Assembly (NCBI GenBank): GCA_030019255.1 | Contig: JASEFK010000006.1 | Span: 154,553-218,552, forward strand | Direction: 5' to 3' | DNA length: 64,000 nucleotides | Origin: Actinomycetota bacterium | GTDB taxonomy: Bacteria > Actinomycetota > Geothermincolia > Geothermincolales > RBG-13-55-18 | Part shown: positions 1-8,740 of the stretch, one piece after another | How positions within the stretch are numbered: position 1 is the first letter of the stretch | How the letters are laid out: every line of letters begins with the position of its first letter | Program-made: the position numbers and the translations under genes | The notes under the pieces: generated by a model | Seen by the model: the letters and a program-made list of their open reading frames with translations, nothing else | The model's database searches: none | Told to the model about the DNA's origin: nothing

Positions 1-395
1 GAGGCGGTGACCAAGGCGTGGCCTCCGCTGTAGGAGGATCCCCACAGGCCGACCCTCGACCCGTCCACCTCCTTCAGGGAACGCACGTAGGAAAGGGCAT
101 GTCTCCAGTCCCGGAGATGACGCCAGGGATTCACCAGGTTGCGGGGCCTTCCCTCGCTGGCCCCGAAGTTCCGGTAATCGAAGAGGAAGACCGCCAATCC
201 TACCGAGGCGAACCTCTCCGCATAGGCGGGAAGCCCGAAATCCCTCTGGGCCCCGAAGCCGTGGGCCATGACCACCACCGGTGGCCTGTCCACCCCCTCC
301 GGAAGGTAAAGCCAGGCCGCGCAGCGCAGCCTCCCCACCCGGAAATAGTGGTCGGACCTGGTGAAATTCGTCTTGTCAGGCCCTGCTCCCGCCAT
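1..395 (-). CDS. Alpha/beta hydrolase, truncated by the window edge (absent from the ORF track)
   Basis: Manual translation from ATG 395: MAGAGPDK...PPVVVMAHGFGAQRDFGL...FLFDYRNFGASEG...VGLWGSSYSGGHAL, with HG oxyanion motif, DYR-x-FG-x-S motif and nucleophile elbow GSSYS. Confidence 0.85.
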   Translation of the reverse strand, partial: MAGAGPDKTNFTRSDHYFRVGRLRCAAWLYLPEGVDRPPVVVMAHGFGAQRDFGLPAYAERFASVGLAVFLFDYRNFGASEGRPRNLVNPWRHLRDWRHALSYVRSLKEVDGSRVGLWGSSYSGGHALVTA

Positions 396-604
396 TTTTA
401 CCCCCTTTCGACCGTCGCCGTTCCCGGATTTCTTTTTATTCCAAGTTCTTACCGCGAATCAACTCCCTTTACACGTCCCCGGCATGTCCTGCCTTGGAAA
501 GCCGGAGCAGGAATGACGGCCAACCGCTTCTTGTGATAATATCCGGCTGGATCGCACGCATCGGGGTAGTGACCTGGATGGCATATTCTGGCAGGAGGAA
601 GAGG

Positions 605-1048
605 ATGAAGCTTTTTCCGCAGTCGCGCCTGGATGAGCTGCTTTCCGCCTATCTTGGGAATTCGTCCTCCCTCCCCCCGCCCGATCCCGAGGGACAGGCG
701 GCCTTCATGGAGGAATATTTCCGGGCCGGCGCCCCGGAGCTGCCCTATCTTTACCGGTACTGCCTGTACTCCTTGCACCTGCTCTGCCCGTTCATGACGG
801 GTAAACCCTTTTCCCGCCTGAACCCGCAGGCCAGGGAGGACTTTCTCAACCGCCTGCTCGCCTCGCGCAATCCCCTCCTACGGGGGGTGGCCCTGCTGGC
901 GGGGATGCCTCTCTACATGTCCTATTACCGGCGCCCGGAGGTCTCCGTCCCCCTGGGGTTCGACCCCCAGGCCCTCCGGGAGGAGGCCGACCTTCGCGTG
1001 GTTACCAGGGACGGCACCCTTCCACCCCGCAAGGAGGGAGAGCCATGA
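605..1048 (+). CDS. Small helical protein coupled to the GMC oxidoreductase (possible gluconate 2-dehydrogenase subunit 3-like partner)
   Basis: ATG 605 follows AGGAGGAAGAGG; the stop overlaps the GMC start (ATGA); FSRL-x4-REDFL and YY motifs resemble such partners. Confidence 0.6.
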   Translation: MKLFPQSRLDELLSAYLGNSSSLPPPDPEGQAAFMEEYFRAGAPELPYLYRYCLYSLHLLCPFMTGKPFSRLNPQAREDFLNRLLASRNPLLRGVALLAGMPLYMSYYRRPEVSVPLGFDPQALREEADLRVVTRDGTLPPRKEGEP

Positions 1049-2571
1049 TCATCACCCCGGACATGGTCTCCACGGACCTGCGGCTTGAAGCCGACGTGGT
1101 CATCGTCGGCAGCGGTGCCGGAGGTGGACCCCTGGCCCGGGAGCTGGCTTCGGAGGGACACCGGGTGGTGGTCCTCGAGGAGGGAGGGTATTTCACCCGC
1201 GAGGACTTCAACCTCCGGCCTTCCGAGGCCTACATGCGCATGTACCGGGACGCCGGACAGACCGTGACCCTGGGCATGCCCTTCATCCTCCTCCCCCTGG
1301 GGAAGACGGTGGGCGGCACCACCACCGTCAACTCCGGAACCGCACTGCGCATGCACCGTCCCGTGCTCAAGAGGTGGCAGATGACCCACGGGCTCCGCGA
1401 GATAACCGAGGAGGAACTCAACCTCATTTACTCCCACCTGGAAGAGTACCTCTTCGTGAAAAGGGCCGACCCGGAGGTGGCGGGAAAGGTGGCGCAAACT
1501 TTCCTGGCCGGGGCGGAGAGGCTGGGCCTGTCCTGCGGATGGCTTCCCCGCAACGCCAAGGAATGCGAGGGTTTCGGGTCCTGCGCCTTCGGGTGTCCCT
1601 CCGGCTCCAAGCAGAGCGTGGACGTCTCCTTCATTCCCGATGCCCTGGCCTTCGGGGTCGACATATATACGCGCTGCCGGGCGGAGCGCATCCTGGTCCG
1701 CGACGGGCGCGCCGCCGGCGTCGCCGCCTCTTTCCTGGACCCGGGGAGCGGGAAGCCGAACGGCCGCCGCCTGGAGGTGGAGTCCCGGGTAGTGGTGCTC
1801 TCCGCCGGCGCCGTTTACACTCCCTTCCTCCTCCTGCGGCAGGGCCTGGCCAACTCCAGCGGCCAGGTGGGGAGGAACCTACAGATCCATCCCGCCGTGC
1901 AGACGGTGGCCCTCTTTGACGAGGTACTGGGGCCGCCCCGGGGCATCCCCCAGGCCTGCTACGTGGACGAGTTCCAGGGGGAAGGCATCATGCTGGAGGG
2001 CGGCACGGTACCCCCCGAGGTGCATGCCCTGGCCCTGCCCTTCGCCGGCCGACGCCACATGGAACTCATGGAAAAATATCCCAATATGGGCATTTTCGGG
2101 GGCATGGTCTCGGAAAGCGACTCGCGGGGAAGGGTGGTGGACCTGCGCAGGCCGGGGAATCGACCCGCCATGCTCTACAACCTCCGCGGCCGCGACGTGG
2201 AGAAGGCCAAGGCGGCGGTGGCGCTCATGGCCGAGATATGGTTCGCCGCGGGGGCCCGCCGGGTCTTCACGCCCATCGCCGGGCATTACGAGCTGAGCGG
2301 GCCCGGGGACCTCCGCCGCCTGGAGCGTGCCAGGGTGAGAGCCTCGGACTTCTACGGCATGAGCGCCTACCACCCCCTGGGGACCTGCCGCATGGGGGAC
2401 GACCCGGCATGGTCGGTGGTGCGCCACACCGGGGAGACCTGGGACGTGGAGAACCTCTTCATCTGCGACGGGAGCATCCTTCCCTCCTCGCCGGGGGTCA
2501 ACCCCCAGCTGACCATCATGGCCATGGCCATGCGCATCGCCGGGTTCATCGATGAAAGGCTTTCCGCCTGA
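1045..2571 (+). CDS. GMC family FAD oxidoreductase (long-chain alcohol oxidase-like)
   Basis: VVIVGSGAGG, GKTVGGTTTVNSG, C-x4-C-x2-GC, HPLGTCRMG, GVNPQLTIMAMA. Confidence 0.9.
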   Translation: MIITPDMVSTDLRLEADVVIVGSGAGGGPLARELASEGHRVVVLEEGGYFTREDFNLRPSEAYMRMYRDAGQTVTLGMPFILLPLGKTVGGTTTVNSGTALRMHRPVLKRWQMTHGLREITEEELNLIYSHLEEYLFVKRADPEVAGKVAQTFLAGAERLGLSCGWLPRNAKECEGFGSCAFGCPSGSKQSVDVSFIPDALAFGVDIYTRCRAERILVRDGRAAGVAASFLDPGSGKPNGRRLEVESRVVVLSAGAVYTPFLLLRQGLANSSGQVGRNLQIHPAVQTVALFDEVLGPPRGIPQACYVDEFQGEGIMLEGGTVPPEVHALALPFAGRRHMELMEKYPNMGIFGGMVSESDSRGRVVDLRRPGNRPAMLYNLRGRDVEKAKAAVALMAEIWFAAGARRVFTPIAGHYELSGPGDLRRLERARVRASDFYGMSAYHPLGTCRMGDDPAWSVVRHTGETWDVENLFICDGSILPSSPGVNPQLTIMAMAMRIAGFIDERLSA

Positions 2572-2588
2572 GGGAAGGGGGCGGGAGC

Positions 2589-3431
2589 ATGGTCGACATG
2601 GAGGAAAGGGAATTCCTGGAAACCTTCCATTCCCTGGTGGGCAAGGCCCAGCACCACAACATCCAGGACCTCAACCTCCTGGACGAGGCGACCAGGGAAA
2701 GGGTCTACGCGCTGCTCATCCCCGGGAAGATATTCGACCTCTTCGGCATCGACCGCGAGACCCTCACCAACCCCCGGGGCGAGAAGGTGGTGGAGATAAA
2801 GGCCCCCACCCGGTCCACCTTCGCCATCATCGAGGTGCGGGAGAACCCGGGGGACCGGGACTACATCTTCTACTTGGAGATAGAGGACACCCCCCTCTAC
2901 AAGATCGAGATAAACTTCCTCATCATCAACGACCCGCGCAGCCCGCGCTTCGACACCGACGTGGACGAACAGGGGCGGCGCACCAAGTTCGCCACCGTGC
3001 GCCGCAACATCCCGGAGGAGATCCGGGCCATGGAGGCCGGGCTGGCCCCCGGACAGGTACGGCGCGGCCTGCGCCTGCTGCGGGACTTCGTCTCCCTGGC
3101 GGAGAAGTTCATCACCGCCATGGGCCAGGACATGGTCATCGCCGAGCCCCTGACCTACAACACGGCCATCCTCTTCGAGTACTACGGTTTCAACTACATC
3201 CGCGGCCGCCGCAGGATGGAGGAGATCCACGCCGGGTTCCAGCCGGGCGGCGAATTATTCCAGAAGCTGGACGGGAGCACCCCCTTCCGCAGGCCGGGAA
3301 TGGAGAAGACGGTGCGCGGCCGGGCCTGGGCCATCCACGACGGCATCCTGGGGGAACCCTGGCGGGGCATCGAGATGTACCGCACCCGGGAACCGGCCAA
3401 CGTGTGCACCTTCCCCGGCTGGGTATACTGA
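2589..3431 (+). CDS. Conserved hypothetical protein, possibly GNAT-like fold
   Basis: Strong GC3 codon bias; GQVRRGLRLL and YNTAILFEYYGF resemble GNAT motifs A and B. Confidence 0.7.
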   Translation: MVDMEEREFLETFHSLVGKAQHHNIQDLNLLDEATRERVYALLIPGKIFDLFGIDRETLTNPRGEKVVEIKAPTRSTFAIIEVRENPGDRDYIFYLEIEDTPLYKIEINFLIINDPRSPRFDTDVDEQGRRTKFATVRRNIPEEIRAMEAGLAPGQVRRGLRLLRDFVSLAEKFITAMGQDMVIAEPLTYNTAILFEYYGFNYIRGRRRMEEIHAGFQPGGELFQKLDGSTPFRRPGMEKTVRGRAWAIHDGILGEPWRGIEMYRTREPANVCTFPGWVY

Positions 3432-3432
3432 T

Positions 3433-3936
3433 TCACCGCCCCGGGAAACGGTAACCCTTTACTCCCTCCACCCTGGCGCCCCTGAGCCTGGCGTCCGTTA
3501 GGTCCACGTCCTCCATGTTCGCGCCGGTGAAATCGGAGTTCTCCAGGTTGGTTCCCAGCATCATGGCCGAACGCAGGTCCGCCCCGGAAAAATCCACCCC
3601 CGTCGCCAGGGACTTATTGAGCACCGCACCCACCAGCCGGGCCCCGCGCAGGCTGGCCTCGCTCAGGTGACAGCCGCGCATGTCCGCCCCCTCCAGGTCA
3701 CACCCCGAGAGGTCGGCGCCGTGCAGGTAGGCACCCACCAGGTAGGACTTGCGCAGGTTGCACCCGGCCAGGTTGGCCTCTCCCAGGTTGGTGCGCATGA
3801 AGTGCACGTACTGCAGGTCCATGCCCCGCAGGTCGGCGCCGTAAAGGTCGGGGACGACGTAGACGTTGTTCCTCCTCCACTCGTTCCAGGCCTCCACTCC
3901 CCGCTTGAGTATCTCCAGGTGCTCGGGGTCCGCCAT
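3433..3936 (-). CDS. Pentapeptide repeat protein
   Basis: N-terminal GVEAWNEWR followed by tandem A(D/N)Lxx repeats (ADLRG, ANLAG, ADLSG, ADMRG, ADLRS). Confidence 0.92.
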   Translation of the reverse strand: MADPEHLEILKRGVEAWNEWRRNNVYVVPDLYGADLRGMDLQYVHFMRTNLGEANLAGCNLRKSYLVGAYLHGADLSGCDLEGADMRGCHLSEASLRGARLVGAVLNKSLATGVDFSGADLRSAMMLGTNLENSDFTGANMEDVDLTDARLRGARVEGVKGYRFPGR

Positions 3937-4241
3937 CCGTGCTCCCTCCCTCGGTCCTCTTTCGTCCGCCGTCTTTCGCCCATGCCCATTCCCCGGGCAC
4001 CGGCGTCACTTGAATCCTCCCCGATCGTGCCCTCCCACCGGGCCCGAATCTTCCTCCCGCCTCTACGCCGGCCCTGTAAGCCGGGGTGGACAGGGTAGAG
4101 TATACAATGCCCCGGAGCGCCGGGTTGGCATCCCGGGGGTGTACATCCTCGTTACTTGAGGGGACCATGCGCCCGGCGCACGTTCGGGGTGAGCCCGCCG
4201 GCGGGGCACGGGACAGGCGAAAAAACAGGCTTTACCGAACC

Positions 4242-4667
4242 TCACACCCGGCGAGGGAACTTCCCGCCTTCCGCGAGCTCCCACACCCTTTCCAGGACCA
4301 CGCGCCTGGCTCGCGCGGCCAAAAATAGGTTGACCGCCAGGAAGACGACCGCGGCGCCCAGGGTGGGCCAGGAACGGAAACCCAGGGCCACCCCCAGGTG
4401 CATCGCCCCCCTGGCCCATACCAGGGGATACCCCCCGGGGAACATCCGCCGCCTCCCCCTCCCCCGCCGCGCCTTCCATTCGCCGCGCCGCCTCAGGGTG
4501 TACAGGAGGCCGCCGCCCCACAGCAACACCCCGGCGGGCACCGCCAGCCAGGCGGGAAGCGGGATGCGCCAGTGCAGGAGGTAGGCGGCCACCACGCTGC
4601 CCATTATCAGCAGGGACTCCACCCATAATAGGGCGCGCAGTCGGTAGCCCGCTCGACGTGCCATCAT
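4242..4667 (-). CDS. Small membrane protein
   Basis: Three to four hydrophobic segments; start overlaps the stop of the upstream gene. Confidence 0.5.
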   Translation of the reverse strand: MMARRAGYRLRALLWVESLLIMGSVVAAYLLHWRIPLPAWLAVPAGVLLWGGGLLYTLRRRGEWKARRGRGRRRMFPGGYPLVWARGAMHLGVALGFRSWPTLGAAVVFLAVNLFLAARARRVVLERVWELAEGGKFPRRV

Positions 4668-6061
4668 CCACCTCCCGCGTACTCATCGTGCAGGGTCAGG
4701 ATATAGAGGTAGGAGGGGATGCCCAGGGCGGAATCCAGGGGATCGCCGGTCGGGCGGCAACGCCCGAAGACGATCCTCTTCCCGTCCGGACCGAAGCACA
4801 TCTCGGTTATCTGGGTGCCGGAGGGACGATACTCGTACGGACCCGTTTCCTCCATGACGTAGACAGGGTCATATTCCGGGTAACCGGGCTCGGTGAAGTG
4901 AGTAAGCCGGGTCTTACCCGATCCGTCGACCCGCACGATGTATATCTCGTCCTCGTGGCCCACGATACCCTTGGTCTCCTTGAAGGCGATGAGGGTGCCG
5001 TCGGGCGAATAAGAGGGGTCCTCGTCGTGCAGCCAGACGCTGTCCGTCAGCCTTTCCACCAGCCTCCCCTCCAGGTCGCAGGTGAACAACTCCCCGGCCA
5101 CCGCCCGCCCGTTGGTCTCGGCGAGCACGGAGTAGCAGCCTATGAAACCCTGGTCTCCGGGCACGAACCCGTTGGCCTCGTTGAGGGTGTAACCCGGGGG
5201 CGGCTCCAGCTTCCTTAAGTTGGAAAGCTCCGGCCCCTCCGGCCCGAAGGCAATATCGGCGTAGACTATCCTCCAGGCCAGCATCTCCTCCCCCACCCGG
5301 TAGGTGAACTGCTCGGAGGAATGGTAGGCACCGGGGTGACCATAGGGCGGGCCGGAGGGCCGGTCTCCCGGAAGAAGGAGGTCCCCCTCCTTCCCGTTGG
5401 GATATTTTTCCATGGAATATTCCTCGCACCAGAAGACCTTGCTCCCATCACCTGAAAAGGAGGGCTCTATGACCGCCCAGTTCTCGGGGTAGTCGGTCAG
5501 CCTCCAGAAGCGGGAACCGTCCGCGGTCATGATCCACACGTTGTGGTTCCGCCCCCAGCCGGGCCGCGCCGATGCACCGTGTTTTAAGCGAGGATAGGCG
5601 GCGTTCTCCGCGGTGAAGATGATGTAATCCCCGCTCGGGTGCCATGCCGACTGGCCGCGGTGCCCGCATCCCTCCAGGGCTTCCTTTCCCGCCGTGAGGC
5701 ATACCGCGTCGCTTCCGTCCGGACGGCAGACGAAAACTTCGTACCGGCCATCCACGAGGTCGGTGAAGGTGATCAGGTCGCGGCTCCAGGACCAGCGGGG
5801 GAAGGATCCGGTGCGGATGCGCTCCACGGTCACTGCCCCGGGCTTTTCCGGCTGGGCCGCTTTCCCTCCGCATCCCAGGTGGAGGGCGACCAGGATCAAA
5901 GTGGCCAGGAGCGCCGGCCGGAACGCAATCCGGCCCCGGGGCACGCCCCCCGGGGAAAAATCGCGGACCTGAGGTTTGAGACCTGCGCTCTTGGCTTCCA
6001 GGCCAGGGTTCCGAAACCCGTCCCGAGCGACATCTCTCCTCTTTCTCAGTCCTTTACGCAT
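4664..6061 (-). CDS. TolB-like (PD40 repeat) beta-propeller lipoprotein
   Basis: Hydrophobic stretch ending LHLGC (lipobox-like); repeats PRWS, SAWHPSG, PSFSGDG, PSYSPDG, FGPDG; true start may be downstream of 6061. Confidence 0.8.
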   Translation of the reverse strand: MRKGLRKRRDVARDGFRNPGLEAKSAGLKPQVRDFSPGGVPRGRIAFRPALLATLILVALHLGCGGKAAQPEKPGAVTVERIRTGSFPRWSWSRDLITFTDLVDGRYEVFVCRPDGSDAVCLTAGKEALEGCGHRGQSAWHPSGDYIIFTAENAAYPRLKHGASARPGWGRNHNVWIMTADGSRFWRLTDYPENWAVIEPSFSGDGSKVFWCEEYSMEKYPNGKEGDLLLPGDRPSGPPYGHPGAYHSSEQFTYRVGEEMLAWRIVYADIAFGPEGPELSNLRKLEPPPGYTLNEANGFVPGDQGFIGCYSVLAETNGRAVAGELFTCDLEGRLVERLTDSVWLHDEDPSYSPDGTLIAFKETKGIVGHEDEIYIVRVDGSGKTRLTHFTEPGYPEYDPVYVMEETGPYEYRPSGTQITEMCFGPDGKRIVFGRCRPTGDPLDSALGIPSYLYILTLHDEYAGGG

Positions 6062-6585
6062 CCTGAGCCCCCTGCCCGTTTCCGCACCGGCGGCGCGGAT
6101 TACTTAATCACCGCGATTACAAGCCATTTGGGCGAAGAGCGTTTCGACACATGAATTGTCCCGCTTTACAATACCGCACACTTGCACCTATGCATGATTC
6201 CGCGAATGGAAACCGGCTTACCCTTACCATCATCTTCATCCCAGCACCTCCCGCTATCACTATGCCGGCGCCGCACGATTTCCGGGTCCGATCCTCTACC
6301 TGTCTTATGGCCCGATTTTCGTCCATAAATGTTAAGAATCCTTTATGCGCGGATTAAGCATTTCAACGCCTTGGGACGCTTCATCCAAAGGCGGGACGCA
6401 CGAAGCCGGGGTGAGTTTGCCCGGATGAGCCCGGATATGACCGGCCGGAGAGGACGCATACCTTTTCCGGTTCTATACGCGGCTTCGGCTCTTTAAAGAA
6501 GATTTTTCTCGCGGAAACTCGGGCAGAGATGCATGGTTGATTTTATCTCTCCTCATCCATCTTGCCAGGACACCGAATATATAAT

Positions 6586-6606
6586 AACTTTAGTAAAAGT
6601 GAACTG
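6586..6606. promoter_or_regulatory. Putative operator, copy 1 (AACTTTA-GTAAAAG-TGAACTG)
   Basis: Reverse complement of 6589-6604 is identical (16/16) to 16264-16279; lies upstream of the mutase operon. Confidence 0.7.
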
Positions 6607-6844
6607 AGCTGGTCGGTGGTGCGGCTGCGCACGGCGAGAAGGGTCAGGGGGGCGGGTTGGGAACGGGAATTTGCCGCTCCCTGGGAAATGAACCGTAAGA
6701 GCAGGATACAAGGATGCGGGAATTTATAATCTTTATGTCGGCCGGATGCCATGCTCCTTGCTCCCTGGGCAATCCCAAGGAGACATATCGAGCTTTTAAA
6801 GTTCTACGACCCACGTGCACCACGAGCAGGGAAAGGGGGATGAG

Positions 6845-8608
6845 ATGACCGAGGACCTGGACCGGATAAGCGAGGCGCGCCGTGCCTGGGAGGAGGGGCC
6901 CCTGGCCAAGGCCCTCCAGAGGTTCCCCTACCTGAACAAGGACAGCTGCCGCTTCTACACTCCCCTGGACATCGAGCCCTTCGACTTTTTGGAGAAGGTC
7001 GGCTTCCCGGGCACCTACCCCTTCACCGCCGGCACCTTCCCCATCGAGCCCATGGCCGGCCTGGCCCGCCTGGCCTCCCTGGCCGGGGGAAAGGGGGAGA
7101 TACCCGGGGCCGGTGGCCAGACCCGCGCCGCCATCTACTCCGGGTACGGCACCCCGGAGGACACCCGGGACTACTACAGGGGCCTTATCGAGCAGGGGGG
7201 ACGGGGAGGTCCCAACCTGGCCTTCGACCTCCCCACCCAGTGCGGCTACGACTCCGACCATCCCCTGGCCGAGGGGGAGGTGGGCAAGGTGGGGGTGTGC
7301 GTGGACACCCTGGCCGACTTCGAAATCATCTACGAACCCTACCGAGGGGACCTCGACCTGGACCGCATCGCCTCCAACTTCACCATCAACGCCCCGGCCA
7401 ACGTGATCATCGCCATGTACGCCGCCCTGGCCGAGAAGCGGGGCATACCCCTGGAAAAGTTGCGGGCCACCCCCCAGAACGACATCCTTAAGGAGTACAT
7501 CGCCCGGGGGACCTATATCTTTCCCCCGCGGCACGCCCTGCGCATGTTCCGGGACAGCCTGGTGTTCATCACCCGCCACATGCCCAACGTGAACATCACC
7601 AGCATCGGCGGCTACCACATCCGGGAGGCCGGGGCCACCCGGGAACAGGACCTGGCCTTCTCCATGGCCATCGCCATCGAGTACCTCAGGGTGGGGGTGG
7701 ATGCAGGCCTCCAGGTGGACGAATTCGCCCCCCGCTTCACCTTCAATGCCTTCGGAGGCTCCATGGAGATGCTCAAGGAGATCGCCTTCCAGCGGGCGGC
7801 GAGGCGCATGTACGCCAGGATACTGAAGGAGCGTTTCGGGGCCCGGGACGAGCGGAGCATGCGCATCCGCCAGGCCCTGGGGGCTCACATCGGGCCCTCC
7901 TCCACCACCCTACAGCGCCCTCTGAACAACCTCACCCGGGCGGTCATCGGGGCGGTGGCCAGCGCCCTCTCCGGCGGCCGGCCCCTCCCCTTCCCTCCCT
8001 ACGACGAGCCCCTAGGCCTGGGGTGGAGCCTGGAGGCCCTCCAGCTGGCCCAGGACGCGGGAAGGATCATCGCCTGCGAGGCGCGGCTCCTCGAGTATGC
8101 CGATCCCTTCGCCGGCTCCTACTGCATGGAGTCCCTCACCGACGAGATCGAGAGCGCCGCCTGGGAGGAGCTGGAGAAGATAGAGAAGATGGGCGGGGCG
8201 GTGGCGGCCATCGAGAACGGCTACATGCAGAGGGAGATATCCCGCAGCGCCTACGAGCGCCAGCGGGCCATGGAGCGGGGGGAGAGGCTGGTGGTGGGGG
8301 TGAACTGCTTCACCGGGGAGCACGAGCTGGAGGTGACCACCAACCGGCTGGTCCCCAACCCCTACGACCCCGAGAGGAGGGAACGGGCGGAGGAGAGGCA
8401 GAAGGCCCGCCTTTCGGAGATCAAAAGGTCCCGGGACAACCGGGAGGTGGCCCGGCTCCTCCGGGAACTGGAGGCCCTGGCCAAGAGGGAGGAGGAGAAC
8501 CTCATCCCTCACCTCATCCAGTGCGTCAAGGCCTACGTGACCGAGGGGGAGATATGCGAGGTGCTGCGGGGAGTCTTCGGGGAGTACCAGGCGGTCTCCC
8601 CCTTCTGA
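6845..8608 (+). CDS. B12-dependent acyl-CoA mutase, large subunit (divergent methylmalonyl-CoA mutase family)
   Basis: FPGTYPFT, LAFDLPTQCGYDSD, GEVGKVGV, FTINAPA, TPQNDILKEYIARGTYIFP, GYHIREAGAT, DPFAGSY, GVN; start moved to ATG 6845. Confidence 0.93.
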   Translation: MTEDLDRISEARRAWEEGPLAKALQRFPYLNKDSCRFYTPLDIEPFDFLEKVGFPGTYPFTAGTFPIEPMAGLARLASLAGGKGEIPGAGGQTRAAIYSGYGTPEDTRDYYRGLIEQGGRGGPNLAFDLPTQCGYDSDHPLAEGEVGKVGVCVDTLADFEIIYEPYRGDLDLDRIASNFTINAPANVIIAMYAALAEKRGIPLEKLRATPQNDILKEYIARGTYIFPPRHALRMFRDSLVFITRHMPNVNITSIGGYHIREAGATREQDLAFSMAIAIEYLRVGVDAGLQVDEFAPRFTFNAFGGSMEMLKEIAFQRAARRMYARILKERFGARDERSMRIRQALGAHIGPSSTTLQRPLNNLTRAVIGAVASALSGGRPLPFPPYDEPLGLGWSLEALQLAQDAGRIIACEARLLEYADPFAGSYCMESLTDEIESAAWEELEKIEKMGGAVAAIENGYMQREISRSAYERQRAMERGERLVVGVNCFTGEHELEVTTNRLVPNPYDPERRERAEERQKARLSEIKRSRDNREVARLLRELEALAKREEENLIPHLIQCVKAYVTEGEICEVLRGVFGEYQAVSPF

Positions 8609-8740
8609 TTGCGGCGGAAGGGGGGGCGGCCTTCCGCCCGGAGGGCCCGGGCGGGGCGGGCGTCCCGCGGACGGGTGCGCGGAGTTCGCGACCCGGGCGC
8701 CGTGCGGACCCCGGACCGGCATCCGGAGGTGGGGGCGGAG

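Noticed and set aside
18..536. 172-aa plus-strand ORF
   Set aside because: Antisense shadow of the alpha/beta hydrolase at 1-395 (-)
6607..6844. Cobalamin riboswitch expected upstream of a B12 mutase
   Set aside because: No recognisable B12-box or conserved core by eye; an Rfam scan would be needed to exclude it fully
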